In this document: in pieces, positions 12,621 through 23,100 of the stretch
Numbering within the stretch: the first letter of the stretch is position 1
How the letters are laid out: each line of letters starts with the position of its first letter
Program-made: the position numbers and the translations under genes
The notes under the pieces: generated by a model
What the model was told of the DNA's origin: nothing
The model's input: only the letters and a program-made list of their open reading frames with translations
The model's database searches: none
Source of the DNA: Camelus ferus
Lineage: Eukaryota
Direction: 5' to 3'
Length of the DNA stretch: 64,000 bases
Assembly (NCBI RefSeq): GCF_009834535.1
Contig: NC_045696.1
Coordinates: 74,338,001-74,402,000, forward strand

Positions 12621-13804
12621 AACTCAGGCACCATAGATGTTTATTACAATAACATACAATATTCTAGTGATTCTAGTGATTCATTCTTTGTGGAATTAAA
12701 AATATATATACCATCGATCTACAAAATTGCCTAAGCTTTAATAAATACCAAGATTGTTTTACTTTTAAAAAGTTAGAGTTTTACAAGCATTTACCCACAG
12801 GCATTATATATCAGATCAAACTCTTTATTTCCTCTTTCAAAAATAGCCTTAAGTTTTCATTCTCCCCCATACAACTGTCTGTTTTAACAGTAGGTAAGGG
12901 AGAATAGGATAATGTAAGAAATTATGTGAATTATGTGAATCAGGATTAGAAACCATGAGTTTACCCTGAGAAATAATTCTCCATTCTTTATAGATTATAT
13001 CACCTCTCTAACTGATATAATATTGCTCATCTCTCCCTCTAAGAAGAACTCTTAAAATATAAAATCCCCTCTCTTTATATCAAAACCAAGGCCATTTTCA
13101 TTATTATGAGGTAAATATTTGTATCACATTCCAAAAATGTCTTTGCAAATTTTTCTGAGGATTTACAACTTTTCCTAAGTCTAACAATTCTTCCATTGCA
13201 TTTCCTCCCTTAGGGTACTAATCATCAAAAAAATTTTCAGATATCAGCATTTTTGTGGCATTAACTAAATTTCATCATCACTAGTGTACTCCCAAATTCC
13301 TTTATTCAGCTTTAAATATAATTATTTGTTTCACATTTGTAAAAGCATGTCAAGAAAAAGTCACTTGACTTCAGTGGTCCTCAGATTCTTCATTTGAAAA
13401 GGGAAAGAGTCAAACCACAAAAGCTGTAAGCTTTTTTTCCAGTCTTAGCTTTGTGTGATTCTACATAAAATCAACACAGGGTCATTAATATTTTATTTAA
13501 AAGAATTATATCTGAAATATACCTTCAGAGTAAATTTTTTAAATTATTTTACTTTAAACGTTTTCATACTGTTCCAGATACTTCCAAAATAATTTATGTT
13601 CTTCAGTTATTACTAAGAATTTTCCATTCAAGATGTCATAAGTTATTTAAGCAAAACAAAAATAAAACAAAGTTTTTGTCTGCCTACATCTAATAGGGCA
13701 TGAAAAAAAAAAGCATAGAAATAATTAAACAAGGGGAAACCTTTATGAAATAAGAGAATTTCCTATCATAATGGAGTTCCCAGCAAGGAAATGTATTAAA
13801 CTGG

Positions 13805-14780
13805 AGGATCAGTAAAGGTTTCATGAAGATAATGGAATTTGAGACCAAACTTGAAAAATGAATGAGCTTTCATTTCAAAGCAGTAGGGACAGAGAATACA
13901 TTGCAATGAGAGGAAAGAGTAGAAGTGTAACTCGGACTATCTTTGGGGAATAATATAAAATAAAGTTACTACAAAGATTAAGGAATACACAGAATTGAAA
14001 AAAGACAGGCCAGTTTGTGGACGACCACTGTATTAAAAAGTATTTTGGTTGCAGGTGACAGAAAATCCAACTCAACCAGAAAAGGGAATGTACCAGTTGA
14101 AATGACTAAAAAGCACACAGGTAAGCTAACTTTAAGTGTGGTTTATTTAATAGTTCAAATATTGTCTCCAGGAACATGCCTAGACTCTTCTTCCCCCAGG
14201 TTGGCTTCCTTTCAGGTTTGGAGTGCTAGATTCTGGCAGCTTCAAGCTTACGTCATTAGAACACCCAGTTTAATGAAGAATCGATCTGCTCCCACTTAGT
14301 CCTGGAGCTGAGTCCATTTGCCCTGGTTGGTTGACTTGGGTCATATTTGTGACCAACAGGGACTGAATGCACTGGTCAGCTCAGCCTGGGTCACGTGTCT
14401 CACCCCCAAAGCCTGATTGTAAAATGTTTCCACCCTACAAATGGGCCAGAGTGGGGAAGAAATGGTTCCTCAAAGCGAAAAAACAGTTCTTTCTGCCACA
14501 AGAAAAAGACATGGCTCTGAGTGGCCAACTATATTCCATGACTATGAATAAAAAGCTAAAGGTTTTGGATATTAGTTAGCAATAGGGAAGCCAAGAAGAT
14601 ATTTGAACCGGGCAGTAATATGATCAATGTTGGCCTTTATGAAATTAATCTGGCTGCAATGTAGTTTGGAGTGGGAGATGGATGAGGTGATAAAACTAGC
14701 TTTGAGATGGGTAAGAGGTTTAGAGAGCCTCTGCTAGAATGGTTGTGAAAGGAGTCGTCGAAAGCAAGAGACATTTTTGT
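13805..14780 (-). mobile_element. L2 fragment split by an LTR insertion
   Basis: Antisense L2-like sequence at ~13805-14030 resumes at ~14540 (agcaatagggaagccaagaagatatttgaaccgggcagtaatatgatc). Confidence 0.6.
14030..14530. mobile_element. MLT1 (J/K/L-like) MaLR LTR
   Basis: Starts tgtattaaaaagtattttggttgcaggtgacagaaaatccaactcaa. Internal ttgacttgggtcat and cagcctgggtcacgtg are MLT1J/K motifs. Confidence 0.7.
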
Positions 14781-15725
14781 TTGCAAATGTTTCCTCACTG
14801 GGACTAAGAAACTCTAGAAAGTACATTTAATATTAAAAGCAATATTGGATTGCTGAAAGAACATCATTATAAAGAAAAAAGCAAATGTAAATTATTTTAG
14901 TGTGATTTCTTAAACTGGTTTATTAGGAGGCCCAACTAGGAAGCATCCCCCTTGTTTGTTCATTTGGAACAACATTGCTGCCTTCTCCTAGTCAGCAGAG
15001 TCCACATACTTTTCTTCGATCATAATTCCCCTCACAGCTTGGGGTCTGCTGTGTGGGCTTTTGAAATTCTTTCCAGATCTAATGCCCCGAACCCCAGCTA
15101 ATCCCATTCAATGTGTCAAAGAGACAAAAAGGGCAATTGGGCAAACTTTAACAACACATTCCTCCCTCTGATTGAACAACAAAAACCAATTAGTCATTCT
15201 AATTTAGGTCTACAGTTATTTTGGCTTTTCTTCTCTCCTACACCATCTTTGAGCAGCAAGGTTTGAATTGTACAGATTATAAAAGATGCTTTAATCACCA
15301 AAAGACTATTATTCCTAATTTTTTTAAGTCCACAAGCATACTGACATCATCATTATTACTCAGCTTTTTGAAAGATTTAATAAATCTTGAATCTTCAATA
15401 GCCATTTAATATGCAGGAGGAGTCACCTACTTATAAACAAAACTTAATTTGATCAATCCAAAATATATTCTGCTACCACTCAACTCTTTAATTTTATTAC
15501 GGTGATTAAAATTGCAAGCAGTATTAGCACAGCTCTTGCTGTAAGAAAGCTGGGTGTGCTGTGATAGTATGCCAAGTCCTTTGGCCTCTCAAAATACAGT
15601 GAGATTATCTTATAAATGAAGGATATGTGTTGTGCTTTTTCTCTTGGCACTCATGTGCTATCCTTGCAAAAAGCAAGACTTAGCTTTACCACATATTTCC
15701 ATGAATAAATAAACCTTCTAGGCCG

Positions 15726-15893
15726 CAGTACTTCTCAAATTTGATAGTGCCTACAAAGCACTTAGGGATCTTGTTAAAATCAGATTCTGATTCAGTAGTA
15801 AGTCAGGTATGGGGCCCAAGAGTCTGCATTTCTAACAAGCTCTCAGGAGATTCTGATGCTGCTGGTCAACAGACCACACTGTGAGTAACGATG
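15726..15893. mobile_element. MER5A hAT-Charlie MITE
   Basis: cagtacttctcaaa...gggatcttgttaaaatcagattctgattcagtag...ggggcccaagagtctgcatttctaacaagctctcaggagattctgatgctgctggtc. Confidence 0.92.
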
Positions 15894-17119
15894 GTCTTTG
15901 AATTTCAAAAGAGAAATATTTTCTGGACCTTGGATCCAGAATTAAATCATGACAATTTTAGGTGGCAAAACAACTATGTGAAAGATATGAAATATGGATT
16001 ATCTTTATTTTCCTTGGAAACAACGTGTACCATCATAACATGAATAATTCTGGGTTTAGCTGGGCAATGATGGCCCAGCCACTTACAAGTGAGACTACTG
16101 CTGATGGCAGCATTACTGCCAATGAGATGTATACCTATGTGCAGGTTGGTTAGAAAAGATTCATTAGTAACTGTTCCTTCCACAGTGTTTACAGAGACTT
16201 TCTTCTTTTGCTTCATATCATAGATGTAATTGTTTGGATTTGACACATATTACAAATTCATCTTCAAAGTCCTTTTTCCATGATGCCAGATATGAATATG
16301 AAAAGTAGAAAATCCTGTGAAAAGTCAAAGCCTATAGATGTTTGGCAGAGATTTCCATTTTTTATTCAAATATTTCTGGTATCAGAGAAGCAGATATATG
16401 GCTGTTATCCCTTGCCTTTGTTCCAAAAGAACCACACCTTTTTCAAACTGCTGCATCTCTGGGTTGTTTGCCTTCTGCCAGTTTACCTTAATGACTCCCT
16501 GGGGGGACCAGAGATTACACAAAGAGATGCATTTCTCACCATTACTGCAGTCATAGGATAGAGAAAGTTATGCACATTTTCTCCTTTCAAGATCTCTTAA
16601 AAAACAATTTGATTTGCAAAAATGATTTCCACATATGTGATTATATTAAGATTCAGCTTTTTATCATGGGTATCATAAAATTAACACCTGCTTTATCCTT
16701 TCTATGTTCTCCTGATATGTCTGCTAGCACCAGAACACCGTATTACTTGAGCTAAAATGCTGGATCTGGATGAAAATGTTTTGGCCTGGCCAAATGAGGT
16801 GTATAAATTGCTAGATGGTTCTGTGAATCAACAGTGTCTCAAGATACTGACACTTGAATTGGTAACCAGCCAAGTATCTTTGCTCACAAAGCTCGTATTT
16901 ATAGGCTTTGAAGGAAATATTTGTGCTAGAGAGATAATTAAAGTTCAAAACTGAGAGGGAAATGTTTGACTAGAAAAGCTTAGATGTGATCTCTTAGAAA
17001 AGAGAAATAGAGAAATTATGGAATCTCTGTAGCGGGGTGGTGGTGGTGGTGATGGTTGTTGTTTTAATAAAAGTCTAGACAGATTCTCTTTCTGGGATAG
17101 TAAAATGTACTCTTGTCAG

Positions 17120-17280
17120 GAAGTTGGACTGTGGGTTCCATGAAGGTAGAGACCATGTCAGTCTCATTCATCAGTGTATTTCAGCATGGCACAACATTCC
17201 CACATACTAATAAGTTCTTAATAAAATATGAATGAATGAATAAATGTATGAATGAATGAAGAGAGGGATGCCTTCACAGA
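17120..17280 (+). mobile_element. L2 3' terminus with (TGAA)n tail
   Basis: ttccatgaaggtagagaccatgtcagtctcattcatcagtgtatt...tgaatgaatgaataaatgtatgaatgaatgaa. Confidence 0.85.
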
Positions 17281-17724
17281 TGCACTTTCATTCCTGAGAT
17301 TTGGAGAATGTAGGGAGTAACTAAATGAGTTACTTAGGTTTTAAAAAGAGGTTATATTGACTTCTATCTTCAGCTCTAGGTAGTTGCCATACTAGTTCAA
17401 ATTCTTTTCTGGTTGACGGCTCCTTGAATTGCCCATGAGCTATAAATAAGCATATAATGGATTGGAAAACTTTGGCCCCACTGTTACTTCACAGATTTCT
17501 GGCACTTTCAAATCAAATACTAGAATTTCCTCTAGGTTTCTATACTAACATGCAAGCATTTTATAGTAAATCATTTAACCCTTTTAAATTTATAGAGCTT
17601 GAAGTCTCAGGAAATCACTACTCATATTTTCTGGACTGGAAAAAAAGCTTGTTTACATACTTATATATGGTGGTTTAAAATTTACAACTCCCTTTGCAGC
17701 CCTGTGCAGTGGGCTGAGTAGATA

Positions 17725-17850
17725 GATACTTGCCTTACTTCAAAAGTGAGGAAATAGAGAATTAATTAGTACACTTGCCCAAGAGAGCAGTGAGGTAGTG
17801 AGGTAGAACTGGCCCTTCAACCTGCTGACTCCTACTCCAGTTCTCTATCC
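17725..17850 (-). mobile_element. MIR fragment
   Basis: gtgaggaaatagaga...acttgcccaaga...gtagaactgg...ctgactcc. Confidence 0.65.
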
Positions 17851-18649
17851 TATAAAGGACAATTAAAAATTAGAACCGGATTGTACTTTACAATTTACAG
17901 TGCTGATGAACATATCTCAAATTTAAAGATGAAGCAATGAGTTTATCATGCAGCGTTAAGACATTAAAAAGCTGAAGTCTAAAAACGGTAAAGGAAATTG
18001 ACCAAGGTTAACTATTGGTGGAATCTAATAGGAATTTATGCTTCCTGCCTGCAAGTCTTAGTCATTCTGTGTTTGGTTGGCTGGTTGTTTTAGGAACTCA
18101 AATGCATTGAAATGGATTAATCTGTTTTTGGTTATTTTCAGTGTCTTCTCACTAGTCCATACATGGCTTTGTTTTGCTTAGTTACATAGTGATTTTTATA
18201 GGGTAATGCATGTCTATGAATCACCACTCATCATAATAGCTAAGATGCTGACAATTAACCTTCATATAAAATACTTCCCCATCCCTTTCTCCTGCCTTCC
18301 CTCACCCAGTGTCATTAACATTGCTTTTCTGTTTATATAGTTATATACGAATATTATTTATATTCCTAGGGAGTTTTTTTTTTAACTTTATGAAAGGTAT
18401 ACAATGCTATATGCAGTATTTTTGGGATTATATCCTGCTGTATATAACTTAAGGGGCTTGTTGTGTGATTGGAGATCTTTTTACCAACAAAACTAGGTAT
18501 TGACAGTATATACACATACACTAGCCCATGGTATGTGTATGTGTATGTATATACATTTATAATGTAAAGATTACATTGAATTATCCAGTCTCTTCAACTT
18601 GGGACATATTTAAATGCACTCTACCTATATATTATTATAGTAAAAACCC

Positions 18650-18900
18650 ATCCATTCAACAAGTTTTTATAGGGTGCCTACCATGTGCCAAGAGGTACTG
18701 TCCTGTGCTGTGATACATCGGATATATTCCTCCCCCAAAATATCCCTGATCTCATGGAAATAACATTGTATATACAGACACAGACAATAAATCAAACAAT
18801 TGTATAAAATATGCAGGATGTTAAGTGATGTTAAGTGCTAGGGAGAAAAATCGTGGAAGGCCCTTAGGGATAGGTTTGCGATTTTAGAGTGGTCAGCGAT
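18650..18900 (-). mobile_element. L2 3' end
   Basis: ccattcaacaagtttttatagggtgcctaccatgtgccaag...ccctgatctcatgga (antisense L2a terminus). Confidence 0.8.
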
Positions 18901-18939
18901 GAATTGGGGGTGGAGTGAGAGGGGAGAGTCTTTTTCACC

Positions 18940-19050
18940 AAGTGACACGGAGGTAACTTGTGAGAGCTGAATCGGAACAGAAGTAAACTCTTCGGAAATC
19001 CCCACGCTCAGCTTATTCTGTCTGTAAAATGACGGGCTTAGTTGGTTTTG
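18940..19050 (+). mobile_element. Degenerate MIR fragment next to the promoter
   Basis: gctcagcttattctgtctgtaaaatgacgggct resembles the MIR core cctcagtttcctcatctgtaaaatgggg. Confidence 0.45.
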
Positions 19051-19099
19051 ATGGCTTTCGGAGAAACAATGCATCGTCCACCTACTTCTCTTGCAACTA

Positions 19100-19745
19100 G
19101 CCTCCGGCTTTTCTGGAATCCCGGTAGAAGCAAATGCCGCACCTAGCACGACCACCGCCCGCGGGCAGTAGGCCGCCGCGTGCGCGCATTCCCGAGCACG
19201 CGCGCGGAGGGGCGCACGCCTCCCTCGGGCTGCTCCCGGGCCCCAGTGGGGACGCGCGCGCGTGCCCGGCCCCGCGGCCTCTCGGCAGGGACGCGGCCGG
19301 GAGGGCGGCGCGCGCCCCCCTCGGCAGCTGCGGCGGCGGCTGGTGTGGGCGCTCACGTCAGGGCTGGGAGGAGGAAGGGGTTCGCGGCGAAAAGAGTGAG
19401 AGAGACATGAGGCAGCCTGGCAGGAAGCGAGAAAGAGTTCGGCGGAGAAGGAGTGAGTTTTAGAGAAGCCGGGAGAGCAGGACCTGAGCCTGCCGGAGAG
19501 CGTGGCCGCCTGGGCTCCTCGCCTCCTCCACGCGCTCTCCTGTGTCCGCTTTCAGCACCCCGAGCGGAGAACAGTTCCCGGCAGCCCGCAGCTTTGTCTA
19601 GGAGCCGCCGCCGGCCGGCTACCTGGAGCCTTCGACCCGGCTCAGGGGCACCCTCTAAGAACCCAGTGTGCACGCCGCCTTCTCCCCTCTGTTGGTGTGC
19701 AAGTAGACACGGGGGAAAAGCATCCGGCGGCCTCTGGGAACCCTA
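19100..19745 (+). promoter_or_regulatory. PEX5L: CpG-island promoter and 5' UTR of PEX5L exon 1a
   Basis: The only very GC/CpG-rich segment in the window, directly upstream of the MYQGHMQ exon. GC boxes CCGCCC (19155-19160) and GGGCGG (19303-19308); CRE-like TCACGTCA (19353-19360). The exact TSS cannot be read from sequence. Confidence 0.9.
19407..19463 (+). other. Candidate uORF, 18 aa (MRQPGRKRERVRRRRSEF)
   Basis: ATG at 19407 (G at -3) to TAG at 19461-19463. It is the only ATG in the ~350 nt before the main start, and is translated only if the TSS lies upstream of 19407. Confidence 0.4.
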
Positions 19746-19761
19746 AAGAAGCCTAAGCAGA

Positions 19762-19782
19762 ATGTACCAGGGACACATGCAG
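19762..19782 (+). CDS. PEX5L: PEX5L/TRIP8b first coding exon (exon 1a), MYQGHMQ; gene continues beyond the window
   Basis: ATG TAC CAG GGA CAC ATG CAG gives MYQGHMQ, the known exon-1a N-terminus of PEX5-related protein/TRIP8b. A at -3, in-frame upstream stop TAA at 19744-19746, phase-0 donor CAG|GTAAGA, CpG-island context and a long exon-free intron all fit. Identification rests on 7 residues plus this context. Confidence 0.92.
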
Positions 19783-20060
19783 GTAAGACATTTCCATCAA
19801 ACTGGATAAGAATATTGGGGACTAATACAAGAGCAAGGCAGTTCACCAAGTTACTGTGGTCAAGTGCTGCCTTCCTAACAATTCAACAAGTGAAGTGGTG
19901 CAACATGACCATGACATTTCAGTCCAGTGCTATACATAAAACTAGATGGGTTTCTGAGGGTGGGAGAAGGGGGAGGAAAGATCTCAGAACTTCGATTGGG
20001 GAAGTTTGTTTTGTGTGCATTCCGTGAGCCTGTTTCTTTAAACAAGATCAAGGAACCAAA

Positions 20061-20192
20061 NNNNNNNNNNNNNNNNNNNNNNNNNNNNNNNNNNNNNNNN
20101 NNNNNNNNNNNNNNNNNNNNNNNNNNNNNNNNNNNNNNNNNNNNNNNNNNNNNNNNNNNNNNNNNNNNNNNNNNNNNNNNNNNNNNNNNNNN
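20061..20192. other. Assembly gap (132 N)
   Basis: Run of N. Confidence 1.
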
Positions 20193-23100
20193 CAGTTGGA
20201 ACATTTTGCCACTTTCGTATTATTTTTTAAAGTGATAATTTTTTTCAGTGGTTTGTGCTGTATTTTCCCCCCTTCAGATGATGGGATATTGTCACCTATC
20301 CCTAGAGTCACAGGATGACTTAGGAGGATGAGTTTCAAAGATATGTCCAAGAGGCTCTAATGTTTTCAGGGAAGGTGCTGTCTCTGGCTATTAAAGCTTA
20401 TCTGAACTGATCCACTGCTTCTCTCTGATGTTCTCCACTCTCTTGGACAAGAATACTTTAACCTTGACTCCAGTACTCATTTCCTTGTTGGTTCTTCCTT
20501 ATAAAGGCAGGTGTATGTTTTGAGGGAGAAAAATGAAATACCAGCTCAGTTTCCTAAAGTATAAACTGAACTCTTTTTTACTGTTTCTAAATACTTTAGT
20601 CGTCAGGTTTGATGTTTTGGCTTCTCTTCTATTCCAAAGATGGTCAAATACAGTTATCATATATGGTGCCTTTACCCTAGTATGTAACATGTATGAATAC
20701 TGAGGATGTTACTTCTGTGTTTTTAGAGCAATTGAAAATAGATAAATTAACATGTTATTGCATTTATGACTTAGTATTACTCGATGTTTGATTTCCAAGT
20801 CTGTGGGGAAATTCTTTTGGATTATAATTTACTTTTATATAAATTGGTATTATATCATATTCCTAAATTTTGTAAGAATTCTGAATCAGCACTATCAGAA
20901 TTCTAAAAGCATTTCCCATGTTACTACCATCATCCTGTTTTGAAAATTATTAATAGAATTATATCAATTAATGGACAATAATTAGTGCCTGAAGTATATT
21001 TCTCAATATATATAATAAATATGCATGTTTCTTATTAAAGCTACATTAATTGGAAAGTTTAGTAACAAAGAAGCTTTCAAACAATGACAGCTAAAAAAAA
21101 TTAACAAAGGATTATTACCATAGTTTTATGCTTCATCTTCACCTAAGAATATTTACAATTTTATATATTATCTGTTTATTATCCCTAAACAGTTTATCCA
21201 CAAGAGTAAAAATAGGAAGATTTTAATAAATAGAGTCAATCTTCAGAAAATTGTTCATTCACACAAAATTCATAATTGACTACTTGGCCAATTTACAAAA
21301 ACTTTCCACATTATTTTTTTGTTTGAAAATATGTTTCTGTGAATAAAGAATTGAAGCAAAAATCTGGTAAACTCAAGCACCTCCAAAACAATTTAAATTC
21401 AATTTTCTGAATATTTCAAGGGAGGATGTTACTGAAACTTGAATTGTCTAGAACAATGTCTGAGGGCTTCATTTCACTTTCAGAGAATACACAAAACGTA
21501 AGGCTCTGCACATGCTCCCGACTTAATGTTTTTTGCTTGTGCACTGCTGTAACAGCAAATATGATAGGTTGCAGTAAAACTCACAAATCTATGCTACCAA
21601 GCTTAACTTGGAAACATTACTAAATAAAGACTGTAATCCAATATGCTTGCCAAAATTCCATTTCACAATACTTTTTTCCTATTTACTGTTGAACATGATG
21701 TTAACTTCTAAGTCTTTAATAGTTTAGTAGCTATCAAATGATGTGATCATCTGAGTGGGAACCCCTCCAAAATAACGCTTATTACAACCTGATTTATAAT
21801 AGTTATTTGCATAAGTTTTAAAACCCCAGTCTCCTTCCTAGAGAATAGCATTTAGCCTATAGACAAAATCTCCTTTGTGTTGGTACATTTAGATTAAATA
21901 ATCTTTCCTTATCAGAGATAGCACCATCTTCCTGTGTGTAGCCGACTCTAATGACAAGGGAGAAGAAGCATAGCCCAAACACTTCAAAACATTTGTGATT
22001 TAAAATCTGAATACATGTTTGGTGAAGTGGACCAGGAATGAGCAGATTTACTAACATTTCTGCCAACTTTGGAGTTATATTTGAAACACTGGTGTTACTT
22101 GGCTGATACCTTAAAACAGGAGTGAAACAGAAAATATTTGCAGTCATTAGCTGAGGCTTCTAATTCTTCACTTTTCTGTATCCAAGAGATTTTAAAATAA
22201 AATGCTTTGTAAATAGGCAGTCTGAAGTAGGGGAGGTGTTCACATGAAGTCTTAAAAAACAGTAATTTAAAATTTCTGTAGTGGCTTTGTACAACTTAAT
22301 AATTTTGTAAATAAAGTCTATTAATTCTAACACACATGGCTAATTCATCCAGTTCTCCATAGAAACAATTTGTTTTAGAAGCCGCAAACTTTTAAAAACA
22401 CACATTTGGCTTACTCTACTAGTTTATTAGAAAATAAAAGTTGATATCTATTACAGATAGATAGACAGCATAGCATAGTAGTGTATATTTCTTGGTGTCA
22501 AAGTAAATGCCACAAGTATAGTTCTTAGGAGCAGGGCCCCAGAGTTGTGCTGTTTTCCAAGTGCCTCACCAGTTATTTCCAAGGGGAATTCATCACCCCA
22601 GCAACTCAAGCAAAGGTTGTTTCTTTAGCGACTGTTTTAGATTTACTTCATTTTTCGTTTTGACCAGGGGAGCCAGTGGTGATTAAACACACTTTAGTAT
22701 TGGTTCTGACCAATTCTCTATTCTTGATAGATGACCTGTTATCTTAATCCCTCCAGGACCTCTGTGTGCTCTGCACTGAGATACTCATTTGTATATGTGC
22801 TTATGCGTTAACACTGCCAATTAGAGCAAAATAATTACGTCTCTGAATATTCCCTTAACTAAACTTTTTTCTGAAATACTATAAATACAGAACAACATAA
22901 TTTCAGTTTTGAACTGACTTGTTTATTTTTAATAAAGCATCCCCAGTAATTTTTTTTGTTACAGAAGACAGTTATTTCAGAAAGCAATCAAACAAAAAAA
23001 TCTATTCGTAATTGTAACTGATCTTTATTATAGGCATTCAAAACAGACTTTTTTGACTTATTCAAGCCTACCCAGGAGACATTCTACACCCTCTGGCTTC

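Noticed and set aside
14112-14125. CAG|GTAAGC consensus donor upstream of the gene
   Set aside because: Lies within an MLT1 LTR with no linked exon or promoter evidence.
17033-17056. GGGGTGGTGGTGGTGG possible G-quadruplex
   Set aside because: Two-tier only, a simple (GGT)n microsatellite 2 kb from the promoter with no supporting context.
18838-19756. Overlapping 76-172 aa ORFs on both strands across the CpG island
   Set aside because: Ala/Arg/Pro/Gly-rich, most lack an ATG start, and stop codons are scarce in GC-rich DNA. No recognisable protein; the real coding start is 19762.
20255-20330. Strong acceptor tattttccccccttcAG followed by ATGATG, ~500 nt after exon 1a
   Set aside because: The frame stops after 17 codons and only weak donors follow. 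Isolated decoy acceptors are common in long introns.
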